Of a DNA stretch of 36,813 bases, positions 1 through 8,393 are shown in pieces; the first letter of the stretch is position 1, and every line of letters starts with the position of its first letter. Made by a program: the position numbers and the translations under genes. Where the stretch lies: NCBI GenBank assembly GCA_964482715.1, contig CAYZYX010000016.1:1-36813 (forward strand), read 5' to 3'. A model generated the notes under the pieces. It was not told the origin of the DNA. It made no database searches and worked only from the letters and a program-made list of their open reading frames with translations. Source of the DNA: an uncultured Clostridia bacterium. Its GTDB lineage: Bacteria; Aerophobota; Aerophobia; Aerophobales; B3-G15.

Positions 1-67
1 CCTTTACTCTTAGAGGAAGATCGTTAATTTTTAATAGGATCCTTAACATTTTTAGAAAGGGATAAAG

Positions 68-937
68 CTAGTCAGTGGGATGGACGAATAATTTGCCTTG
101 AGCCACAGGTTCACCTTTTTCTCTGATCGTAAAGGGCAATTCAGCCATTATCCTTTTTTTATCCGTGTAGTTGACAACTATTTTTGCCAGATAATCTCCC
201 GGAGGAAGCATTTCCTTAGTTATGATGGTAAATTTACGCATACTTTCGGGAAAAATAATTCCCTGTCCTACAGCAAGAGGAAATTTTTCTATTTCTTTAC
301 CCTTTTTATCTTCAATAACTAAAGTCCCCTGAGTGCGAATGTGTACATTACCTTCATTCTTTAAGGTAATTATAAACATAAGCTGACCTTTTTTCTTTAA
401 AGACTCGATTTCAATGTTTCCTAAAGTAACTTTACGTTGAAGCTTTTGTGATCCCTTTACTACAAGCACTAAAAAAGAAACCATTCGCCAGCTTACCGCA
501 TTTAGTTTATCATTAACTGCTTCTTCTGGAACCTGTTCCACTACGATGGCAGCATAATAGCCACCTTCCGAATCTGGAGGAATGTTTAAGGTAATCGGAA
601 CATCTTTTCTTTCCTCTGAGCTGACTACAATTTGTGAAGAGCCTAATTTTATCCATCGACTGGCTGAACGCTTTAAAGTTCCAGGTGGGTAAAATACAAC
701 CTCCCCTTCTTTGGTGAGACAAAAATCAAGAGGATAAAGACTTACTTTTATCCTCCCTCCTGTTGAGGAAGAATTAATGATGCTGAGCTTATAAACTTCT
801 TTTTGTTCAGGTTGAGTCTCTATTTCATAGATTACAGGAGTAACCATAAAAGAATTCTGTGAAAAGACTTTTCCTATCATAAAAAAAAGGGTTAACACTA
901 CTATGAAACATCCAATCACCTTTTCCAGTTTGTGCAT
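68..937 (-). CDS. Exported Ig-fold protein, PapD-like chaperone / DUF916-like
   Basis: 289 aa. N-terminal hydrophobic signal or anchor (VIGCFIVVLTLFFMIG), then beta-rich segments (ASRWIKL..., VPITLNIPPDSEGGYYAAIVVE, LKNEGNVHIR, GxIFPESMRKF, PPGDYLAKIVVNY) typical of PapD/DUF916-type Ig domains. Confidence 0.55.
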   Translation of the reverse strand: MHKLEKVIGCFIVVLTLFFMIGKVFSQNSFMVTPVIYEIETQPEQKEVYKLSIINSSSTGGRIKVSLYPLDFCLTKEGEVVFYPPGTLKRSASRWIKLGSSQIVVSSEERKDVPITLNIPPDSEGGYYAAIVVEQVPEEAVNDKLNAVSWRMVSFLVLVVKGSQKLQRKVTLGNIEIESLKKKGQLMFIITLKNEGNVHIRTQGTLVIEDKKGKEIEKFPLAVGQGIIFPESMRKFTIITKEMLPPGDYLAKIVVNYTDKKRIMAELPFTIREKGEPVAQGKLFVHPTD

Positions 938-1096
938 AAATCTACCTTACCAACGAACTTCTGGTTAAATAGTTAACAGTTTTTACCTCTTTGTCAAATA
1001 TCACCTAATTTTTAAGGTTTTAAATTCGAAGATAAGGTTATATTAAAGCAGGAGGGTAAATTAATTTTAGTATTTGCCGGGTTGACAAATTTGGAC

Positions 1097-1324
1097 TCAC
1101 CGACTTTTCTTTTCCTTCTGAAAGGCGATTCTGAATTCTCTGTAAATGGCAATTACTGAGAGGAAAAGGAGGGACACTCCCGGGAGAAGGAAAATAGGGC
1201 TTCCTCCAACCAAGGAGTAGTGGACTGATGTGATTCCCACCCAGACGGCTGCAGCTATACCCAAAGTCCAGAAGAAAAGAACGGTTTTCTCCAGAAAGGA
1301 TCTTGCTATTTTTCTTCCAGACAT
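1097..1324 (-). CDS. Small hypothetical membrane protein (2 TM)
   Basis: 75 aa with two hydrophobic stretches and a basic C-tail. ATG preceded by GAGGG; starts 9 bp after the upstream ORF stop. Confidence 0.6.
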   Translation of the reverse strand: MSGRKIARSFLEKTVLFFWTLGIAAAVWVGITSVHYSLVGGSPIFLLPGVSLLFLSVIAIYREFRIAFQKEKKSR

Positions 1325-1333
1325 AGTTTACCC

Positions 1334-1666
1334 TCACCAGGCAAGCTCCAATTTGGAGCGGAGGTAATTTATAAGACTGTTGCAAAATTCTCTCTCAAGG
1401 GATACCTCGTTTCTTTCTTTCTTTTTCTCCTCTTTCTGCTGGGAGAGGCCTGTTTCCTCTTCTTCCGCTTTTTCAATGATAAGCTCGGGATGGTTTATTT
1501 TAAAGGTTCTTTCCTCAAGTCTCTTTTTAAATTCCTCAAGTTCTGATATTCTCCACTCTGACCTTGCAATTTCGCGATCAACCTGGCTTATTCTCTCATC
1601 AAGTTTTGCTCTTCTTTCTTCAAGTTCTTTTATCCACTCAACTATTTCATTTTCTCTCTCTGACAA
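1334..1666 (-). CDS. Small coiled-coil hypothetical protein
   Basis: 110 aa, E/K/R-rich with heptad pattern. TTG start preceded by AAGAGG. Confidence 0.65.
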   Translation of the reverse strand: MSERENEIVEWIKELEERRAKLDERISQVDREIARSEWRISELEEFKKRLEERTFKINHPELIIEKAEEEETGLSQQKEEKKKERNEVSLEREFCNSLINYLRSKLELAW

Positions 1667-1751
1667 AGCTTTCCTCTTTTCTCTGATATTTTACAAAACA
1701 AAATTATATCCTTGCTTGCACCAGTAAGGTTCAAACCCATTTTTATCAGAA

Positions 1752-1913
1752 TTATCTTAAATTTCTCTCTGTCTTAATAAGGGGAAGATCACCCAGAGGC
1801 GTTCTTATTTTGCCCTTTTCCACAGCAATTTCAAAGCTTTCTCCTCTTATGGCAAGGTAAATTTTCTGTCCACCACTTGTTCCAAGAAATGTGAAAATCT
1901 GGCCTCCTTTCAA
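1752..1913 (-). CDS. Unannotated 53-aa small protein (MKGGQIFTFLGTSGGQKIYLAIRGESFEIAVEKGKIRTPLGDLPLIKTERNLR)
   Basis: Read manually; absent from the ORF track, whose shortest entries are 60 aa. TTG start preceded by strong SD AAAGGAGAGG and directly downstream of a sigma-54 promoter. Confidence 0.65.
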   Translation of the reverse strand: MKGGQIFTFLGTSGGQKIYLAIRGESFEIAVEKGKIRTPLGDLPLIKTERNLR

Positions 1914-1960
1914 CTTACCTCTCCTTTAGTTATTCAATTTTTTATTTTGTTTTAAGGAGG

Positions 1961-1975
1961 GCAAATTTTATGCCA
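1961..1975 (-). promoter_or_regulatory. Sigma-54 (-24/-12) promoter
   Basis: Minus strand reads TGGCATAAAATTTGC: GG-N10-GC spacing with TGGCA and TTGC cores. It is intergenic and adjacent to a bEBP/rpoN cluster. Confidence 0.75.
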
Positions 1976-1994
1976 TTTGAGAGGAGGGATTTAA

Positions 1995-3347
1995 TTAAAT
2001 CTTTATTCTGTATTTTTTTATTTTTCGGCGGAGGGTGTTACGGTGGATTCCAAGAAGCCGGGAAGCTTTAGTTTGATTTCCACCGGTAGCCCTGAGGGCA
2101 TCAAGAATGAGCTTTTTTTCTGCTTCTTCAATGGAGGGAGGAGAAGACTCCTCAGAAATCCGGGCTTTTTGAAAGTGAGGAGAAAGATCTTCCAGGGTCA
2201 AAATTTCCCTGCCAGAGAGTATAACGGCTCTTTCCATTACATTTTCCAGTTCCCTCACATTTCCCGGCCAACTGTAACTTAAAAGCCTTTCCATAACCCG
2301 GGGAGAAATATTTTTAACCTTCTTTCCATGAATCTGGTTGTATTTTTTTAAAAAATGCCAGGCTAAAAGAGGAATATCTTCTTTCCTGTCTCTAAGAGGT
2401 GGAACAAAAATACCCACGACATTTAACCTGTAGTATAGATCTTCCCGAAAACTTCCTTCTTTAATCATCTTTTCCAGATCTCTGTTGGTGGCAGCAAGGA
2501 TCCGAACATCAACCTGTATAGGCTTTGTGCCTCCCACACGGGTAAAGCTCCTTTCCTGGATAACTCTTAATATCTTCGCCTGCATTCTGAGAGTCATATC
2601 AGAGATTTCATCAAGAAAAATTGTTCCCCTGTTTGCCACCTCAAACATTCCTTCTTTTTTGTAAGTAGCATCAGTAAAGGCACCTTTTTCATGTCCAAAG
2701 AGTTCTGCTTCCAGTAAACTCTCCGGAAGAGCGGCACAATTGACAGGAACAAAGGGAGCTTTTTTTCTCGGTGAGTTATAATGAATGGCTCTGGCAATGA
2801 GTTCTTTTCCTGTACCACTTTCCCCCCTGATCAGGACGGTAGAGCTTGTGGGTGCTATTTTGGAGATAAGCTCAAAAAGCTGGTGCATCTTTTTACATTT
2901 TCCTACAATGTGGTCAAACTTATATTTTTCTTCAAGCTGTCTTTCCAGCTCTCTGACTTTTTTCTCCAGATTTTTCATGTGCAGAACTCTTCTAAGAACC
3001 ACCTTCAACTCCTCAAGATCAAAGGGTTTGGGGAAAAAATCCTGCACACCCAGTCTTACTGCTTCCTGAGGGGCCTTTTTGTTTTTGCTCCCGGTCATAA
3101 TAATCACTCCTACATCAGGATAGAAACTTCTAAGATGGGAGAGTAATTTAAGTCCCTCCTCAGGACCTGTGGACCTGGGGGGGAGCTGAAGGTCAAGAAG
3201 AACAGCTTCTATACCGCATTCATCGAGAACCTTGCAGGCAACATCCACATTCTTTGCCTCCAGAACCCGGTATTCATCCTTCAAAGCCCAGAGAAGCTGT
3301 TTCCTTAATGTATCATCATCCTCAACTATAAGAATTCCCGGCTTCAC
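1995..3347 (-). CDS. Sigma-54-dependent response regulator (REC-AAA+-Fis HTH), PrsR/NtrC-like
   Basis: Receiver domain (LIVEDD...LLDLQLPP...KPF), GESGTGKE, GAFTDA loop, FLDEI, FREDLYYRLNV, WPGNVREL, C-terminal Fis HTH (GNQTKASRLLGIHRNTL). Confidence 0.95.
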   Translation of the reverse strand: MKPGILIVEDDDTLRKQLLWALKDEYRVLEAKNVDVACKVLDECGIEAVLLDLQLPPRSTGPEEGLKLLSHLRSFYPDVGVIIMTGSKNKKAPQEAVRLGVQDFFPKPFDLEELKVVLRRVLHMKNLEKKVRELERQLEEKYKFDHIVGKCKKMHQLFELISKIAPTSSTVLIRGESGTGKELIARAIHYNSPRKKAPFVPVNCAALPESLLEAELFGHEKGAFTDATYKKEGMFEVANRGTIFLDEISDMTLRMQAKILRVIQERSFTRVGGTKPIQVDVRILAATNRDLEKMIKEGSFREDLYYRLNVVGIFVPPLRDRKEDIPLLAWHFLKKYNQIHGKKVKNISPRVMERLLSYSWPGNVRELENVMERAVILSGREILTLEDLSPHFQKARISEESSPPSIEEAEKKLILDALRATGGNQTKASRLLGIHRNTLRRKIKKYRIKI

Positions 3348-5482
3348 AGGCGTTCCTCCAAAATCCTCTCCAGCATTTTCTTTTCAGCTTCTCTCTGTTT
3401 TTCCAGAGCGATCTCTATCTCGCTTCTCCTTATATATCCCATGTCTATAAGAATTCTGCCTATCCTTCTTTTGTCTGTAGCCTGAACCTGCATGGCTTTC
3501 TTGAGCTTTTCTTCTGAGATAACCCCCATGTCAAGAAGATACTGACCGAGTCTTTTTCTCACAAGTCCCTTCCTTGCATTCTGAGCAAAAAGGGGAATTT
3601 TGATTCTGAATAATGTTCCTTTCCGGGGAGCACTTTCTACCTCAATTTCCCCTCCATGAAGACGCACTATTTCCCGGGCAGAATAAAGAGCAAGACCAAG
3701 ACCTTTCTCTTTGGTGCTGACAAAGGGCTTAAAAAGACGACTTTCGATGAAATCCTGGCTCATTCCCACTCCACTGTCTTTTATCTCCACATACACCTGG
3801 GAATCAGAGATTTTGGCCAGGGACTTTATTTCCAGAATTCCTCCCTCCGGCATAGCCTCAAGAGCATTCATCATGATGTTACGAAACACTCTTTTTATAG
3901 AGGAGGCATCAAGCATAAGCAGGGGAATATCGCCGTACTTTTCCCGCAGACTGATACCGGGAATACTTCTTAATCCCAGTTCCTCAACGACTTCTTTTAG
4001 TATTTGATTTACAGAGTAAGGTTTAAGTTCAAGTTGCGCCGGGTGTTCACCTATTTTCTCGGTAAGGGACTGAATCTTTTTCACGCTGGCAGAAATTGTG
4101 GCCAGAAAATCCTCCTTAAATTGAGGATCGTTATAGTAACGTCTGGCATTGTGCAAGGACAGGGATAGCTTGGCAATAGCTCCTCTCAGGTCGTGAAGGA
4201 TTATGGAAGCAAGACGGTTAAAAGAATCAAGTTGCCTTGATTCCAGCATGAGATCCAGGAGAAAAGAATTTTCCATTATTAGATTTGCTTCTTCCAGAAA
4301 GGTGGATACCATCTGAAGCTCATCAAAGTCAAACCCCTTTTCCTGAGAGTTAAGGACCACTATTCCCCAGAGAGAATTTTTAGCCATCAGAGGATAGGCA
4401 AAAGCTGTAACTCTTTTTATATCCTTTAGAGGAAGATTAAGCTCAAGGGATACTTCTTTCTGGTTTATTACACCAAGAGCCTTGCCTGAATTTGCCACTT
4501 TTTGGGCAAGTCGGGTAAAAAACTCTTTATCTATACCTTCACCCCTGGTTGCCCGGGGAAGGAGCTTCTTTCCTGAAAGGGAGAAAAAAACACCCTGGTC
4601 TGCCCGGGAAATGTTCATGCTGATGGATAAGATAAAGCTGAATTTCCTTCCCGACGAAAGAGAAGTTCTTAAAGCCTTGGTTGCACGGTTTAAAAGCTGG
4701 AGAGTCTGGATTTTTCTCTCCAACCTTTCATTGTAAAAGGCGGAGTTCTTGTTTGCCTCTTCAAGTTTTTCTTTTTCCTCTTTAAGGGTTTCTACCATCC
4801 GGTTAAATACACTGGATAACCTCCCCACTTCGTCTTTGCTTTTTACCGGTATTTTCACCGAGAAATTGCCCCGGGAAATATTTTCAGTTGCCTGAATTAG
4901 TTTTTCAATGGGATGGGTAATTCTGTCACCAATAATAAGAAAAATCAAAGATGCTCCAGCAATTACTGCCAGGGTGAGAAGGAGGAAAAGCTGGATAGCT
5001 TTTTTTACTTGCTGATTGAGAGATTCAAGACTAAAACCAATTCTCACATTTCCCCATCTAATAGAGGAAAACTGAATGGGAGAGGAAATCTCGTATATTT
5101 TAAGGTCTTTTAGCTTATAGGTTTGATAAATCACCCCTTTTGCTCTTACCGCTCTTATGCTTACAGGGTCATAGAGAATGTCAGAACTTCGAGAATAATC
5201 GGTGGTGAGAATAACCTTCCCCTGAGGATCGGTAATTATGATGTATTCAATATCCTTATCTTTGATCAGCTCGTTTATGTAGAAATTTAGGTCAGAGAAA
5301 TTGCTGGTGACAAAGGAGTTGATTGAAGCAAGGGAAAGGGTTTGGGAGAGAGCAAGGCCTCTTTCTTCAAGCCTTTTGTAAAAAGCCTCTTTTTCCCGAT
5401 GAAGACTTATCATCTGCAGGGTGAAGAGAACAAGCAGTGTAGAGGCAAAAAAGAGAAGATAAAACTTGTTTTTTAGTTTCAT
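3344..5482 (-). CDS. Sensor histidine kinase (TM-periplasmic sensor-TM-HAMP-GAF-HisKA-HATPase) with C-terminal MshEN motif
   Basis: HAMP (ITHPIEKL...DEVGRL). PrsK-like H-box (RQLDSFNRLASIILHDL...NDPQFKEDFLATI). N/G1/F/G2 boxes (NIMMNALEAM, DSGVGM, LFKPFVSTK, GLGLAL). Tandem RLG/RIG motifs at aa 644-696. Confidence 0.92.
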   Translation of the reverse strand: MKLKNKFYLLFFASTLLVLFTLQMISLHREKEAFYKRLEERGLALSQTLSLASINSFVTSNFSDLNFYINELIKDKDIEYIIITDPQGKVILTTDYSRSSDILYDPVSIRAVRAKGVIYQTYKLKDLKIYEISSPIQFSSIRWGNVRIGFSLESLNQQVKKAIQLFLLLTLAVIAGASLIFLIIGDRITHPIEKLIQATENISRGNFSVKIPVKSKDEVGRLSSVFNRMVETLKEEKEKLEEANKNSAFYNERLERKIQTLQLLNRATKALRTSLSSGRKFSFILSISMNISRADQGVFFSLSGKKLLPRATRGEGIDKEFFTRLAQKVANSGKALGVINQKEVSLELNLPLKDIKRVTAFAYPLMAKNSLWGIVVLNSQEKGFDFDELQMVSTFLEEANLIMENSFLLDLMLESRQLDSFNRLASIILHDLRGAIAKLSLSLHNARRYYNDPQFKEDFLATISASVKKIQSLTEKIGEHPAQLELKPYSVNQILKEVVEELGLRSIPGISLREKYGDIPLLMLDASSIKRVFRNIMMNALEAMPEGGILEIKSLAKISDSQVYVEIKDSGVGMSQDFIESRLFKPFVSTKEKGLGLALYSAREIVRLHGGEIEVESAPRKGTLFRIKIPLFAQNARKGLVRKRLGQYLLDMGVISEEKLKKAMQVQATDKRRIGRILIDMGYIRRSEIEIALEKQREAEKKMLERILEERL

Positions 5483-5497
5483 TTTAAAATCCTGTGG

Positions 5498-6802
5498 TTA
5501 AAATTCGGCAAATATAACTGTATAGATTTTTCCTCTCCGGGTAACCTCTTCTTTTAAACTTATACCGGAATACTGTCTAAAGATTCCCTGACTATTTTTT
5601 GACTCCGGGTAGTTTAAGAGGAGATCTTTAACCTTCTGCAAAAGCTCTGGAGAAATATTTTTTCTTGCCACCAGAACATCAGCCGGAACCTTGGTTGAAC
5701 GAGCAAGGATACGCATTTTGGGAGAGATATTTTCGGTTGAGGTAAGGTAGTTAAATATGTGTTCGGCCAGAGCTCCCGCATCCACTCTTTTTTCCAGTAA
5801 GCTGTAGAAAACCTCTTCCTGGGAATTCATGTAATAAACCCGGGAAAAATACAATGGGTTTATACCCCTTTCAAGAAGAGTCATTTGAGGAAGAATAAAA
5901 CCAGTTAGAGAGTCTTTTTTACCAAAAGCAAAACTTTTCCCCTCCAGTTGTTTAAGACTGTAAATATCCTGCTCGGAGGTAACTATAACACTTCGCTGGG
6001 TGCTTTCCTTATTGGAGGAAACAAGAAAAAGAGGGGTTATCTCTTCTTGATATTCTATATTCATGAGGTCCTCCGGGCCAAGAATGGCAATGTCAATTTC
6101 TCCTTTCTGCAGGTATTTTGCAAGAACCTCGTACCTGGAAAAGAGGGAAAGTTCGATGCGACAGTTTAAATTTCGAGAAAGACGACCCAAAAGAGGCTGA
6201 ACCACCTTCAATGTTGTTAAGGGGGTAAGTTCCGATTTAATCCCCACTTTAAGAATATATGGAGAGTGGCGAAGTTCCTCCTGATATGCTTTTTTTAAAG
6301 TGGAAAGAAGTTTTGGGTTATTGGGAAAGACTTTACTTGCCTTAAGAAGCAGTTCAACTGCGCGGGAAGGCTCTCTTTCCTTAAGGTAAAGCTCGGAAAG
6401 GTAAAGGTAACCCTCGAGGAGTTTTGGATTAAACTCAATTGCTTTTTTAAAACTCTCCATTGCCTTTTCAGTATCTTGCTGACTCAGGTATTCTCTGCCC
6501 CGAGCAAGTATCTTAATGGAACACCAGTGAATTCTTACCTGCCATAAGGAAAAAAATATAACTACTCCTATGCCTCCCACCATTAACCATTTTATTTTAT
6601 TTATTTTGCTGGGAAAAACCCTGCCAGAAATTTCTGACCTAAAATAGTGCACTATTTTAGAAGGAAAAATTTTCTTTACTACATCCTTACTTCGATGCAA
6701 AATCTCTAAGAATTTTTGCATCAAAATGCAGCAGATTCTTTTCCCTGAATCTCTTATTTTACCTGAAGCCCTTTTTTCTCTCTCCCCGCTTTTGAACAGC
6801 AA
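5498..6802 (-). CDS. Membrane-anchored TPR + PhnD/SsuA-type periplasmic substrate-binding protein
   Basis: One TM segment, about 2 TPR repeats (GREYL...FKKAIEFNPK...YLYLSELY), then a PhnD-like domain (GEIDIAILGP, SLKQLEGKSFAFG..DSLTGFILP, VDAGAL). The true start may lie downstream of the TTG at 6802. Confidence 0.8.
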   Translation of the reverse strand: MLFKSGEREKRASGKIRDSGKRICCILMQKFLEILHRSKDVVKKIFPSKIVHYFRSEISGRVFPSKINKIKWLMVGGIGVVIFFSLWQVRIHWCSIKILARGREYLSQQDTEKAMESFKKAIEFNPKLLEGYLYLSELYLKEREPSRAVELLLKASKVFPNNPKLLSTLKKAYQEELRHSPYILKVGIKSELTPLTTLKVVQPLLGRLSRNLNCRIELSLFSRYEVLAKYLQKGEIDIAILGPEDLMNIEYQEEITPLFLVSSNKESTQRSVIVTSEQDIYSLKQLEGKSFAFGKKDSLTGFILPQMTLLERGINPLYFSRVYYMNSQEEVFYSLLEKRVDAGALAEHIFNYLTSTENISPKMRILARSTKVPADVLVARKNISPELLQKVKDLLLNYPESKNSQGIFRQYSGISLKEEVTRRGKIYTVIFAEF

Positions 6803-6805
6803 TTT

Positions 6806-7951
6806 TTATGCCATCCTTTTGAGTTTCTTTCTTTCCAGAGAAGAGGGAATTTTTAATTCTCTGCGATACTTGGCTACAGTGCGGCGGGCAATCCTTATTC
6901 CAAATTTTAACCTGAGTTCTCTTGCTATTTCTGCATCATTCAAAGGTAAATCCTGGATTCCCCTTTTTATTTTCTCTTTCTCCTGACTTATTATCCTGAC
7001 GAGAAGCGCCTTAATTTTTTCTTTTTCTCCCGGGAAAAATTCCTTCAGTTCTTTTTCCTCTCCCCAGGGACAAATTATGCTCTTTCTGGCTATGGTTCTG
7101 CTTACGGTTGACGGATTAACCTGGAGAGTGCCGGCTACTTCTTTTTGAGTTAAAGGGACAAGCTGGCGGGGATTTCCGGATAAAAAGTAGGGACGTTGCC
7201 TTTCCTTTATGTGAGTGAGTATTTGATAGAGAGTTGTGGTCCGCTGGTTGATCATATCTAACTTTCGAAAAAGGCTGGATATTTTCTTTACCTTCCAGGG
7301 AGGAATTTCCCTTTCTTTGACAAGAATTTCCCAGCGCTGGTAATCTATGATGTATCTTCCCCGAACGAGATAGGTGGAATCATCAAGAGGAAGTATGTAG
7401 AGTTTTCCCTCACGATTCTCGATATAAGCCACACGCTCCTTTCTGGGAAGATACGCTGGAGGAGATGAACCATCAGTCTCAACGGTAAAAAAGCTCTCCT
7501 GAAGTTGAAAACTGTTAATAAAATCCTTAAATTTTTGAGTTTCTTCAGGGGAAAGATCACATTCCCGGGAAATATCATCAAAGGAGAGGCTATTTTTTCC
7601 CTCTAAAAATAAAGAAAATTTTTCTTCTCCGATTTGAAGAGCCACCTTTTTTACCACTTCCCAGCTATCCGGATCTTTCTGGACAAGCTCGGTAAAATCA
7701 AAGCTATCTCCAGGAGTGAGCTCTTCTTTCAATTCCAGGGAAGGAGGAACAGGCTTAACTGCGGGGAATTTTCGATACCTCACTATTCTGTATTTTCTTA
7801 AAATTTCCTGAAAAAGCTCGTCCTTTTCTATTTTTTCTATGAACTGGCTGAACTGCTTTTCTGAAAGAGAGAAAAAATTTCCCAGTTTCATTCTCCCCAT
7901 AAGTTTAGCTCGGGGAACAAGCTTCGTCCTGGGTCTGTAGGAAAGCTCCAT
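6806..7951 (-). CDS. rpoN: Divergent RNA polymerase sigma-54 factor (RpoN-like)
   Basis: Intact RpoN box IARRTVAKYRRELKIPSS and -12 HTH region PLTQKEVA..L.VNPSTVSR. The N-terminal half is short and divergent. SD AAGGAGG. Confidence 0.85.
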   Translation of the reverse strand: MELSYRPRTKLVPRAKLMGRMKLGNFFSLSEKQFSQFIEKIEKDELFQEILRKYRIVRYRKFPAVKPVPPSLELKEELTPGDSFDFTELVQKDPDSWEVVKKVALQIGEEKFSLFLEGKNSLSFDDISRECDLSPEETQKFKDFINSFQLQESFFTVETDGSSPPAYLPRKERVAYIENREGKLYILPLDDSTYLVRGRYIIDYQRWEILVKEREIPPWKVKKISSLFRKLDMINQRTTTLYQILTHIKERQRPYFLSGNPRQLVPLTQKEVAGTLQVNPSTVSRTIARKSIICPWGEEKELKEFFPGEKEKIKALLVRIISQEKEKIKRGIQDLPLNDAEIARELRLKFGIRIARRTVAKYRRELKIPSSLERKKLKRMA

Positions 7952-7968
7952 ACATCCTCCTTGCCTTC

Positions 7969-7997
7969 ATTATACAGAAGCTTCCTCTTCAGGTCAA
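7969..7997 (-). promoter_or_regulatory. Sigma-70-type promoter of the rpoN-led operon
   Basis: TTGACC-N17-TATAAT on the minus strand, 18 bp upstream of the ATG. Confidence 0.75.
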
Positions 7998-8139
7998 GTC
8001 AGACAATAAAAATATTTTCCATTTTTTACTCGTTTACTCTGTCAGTTGACTATTCTTCTAAAAGAGTTAAATTAAACATGTATCAGGTCTCTAATTAAAT
8101 ATTAAAGAAAAATACTTCCTGAGGTTAGAGGGAATAAAA

Positions 8140-8385
8140 ATGAAAACTTATGTTTTTAGAGTGGTGATTGAGCCAGATGAGGATCGATGGTTTGCCTATT
8201 GCCCGGTGCTTGAAAATAAAGGAGCGGCCACCTGGGGGTACACTAAAGAGGAAGCTCTAAAAAACATTCAAGAAGTTGTCCAAATGATAGTGGAAGAACT
8301 TATCGAAGATGGAGAACCAATACCCCAAGAACCAAAGGAGGAAGTTCAGGTTTTCTCTGAGCTCCGAGTGGCAGTTACTACCTAA
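8140..8385 (+). CDS. hicB: HicB-family antitoxin (short form)
   Basis: F.VVIEPDED.WFAYCP.L...ATWG.T.EEAL.NI.E........EDGEPIP signature. Confidence 0.9.
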   Translation: MKTYVFRVVIEPDEDRWFAYCPVLENKGAATWGYTKEEALKNIQEVVQMIVEELIEDGEPIPQEPKEEVQVFSELRVAVTT

Positions 8386-8393
8386 CTAACATC

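Noticed and set aside
1995-5482. Calling the pair prsK/prsR of a PEP-CTERM system
   Set aside because: Similarity is limited to the kinase core and receiver. The HK has HAMP and MshEN instead of the PrsK multi-TM N-terminus, and no exosortase or PEP-CTERM gene is in the window.
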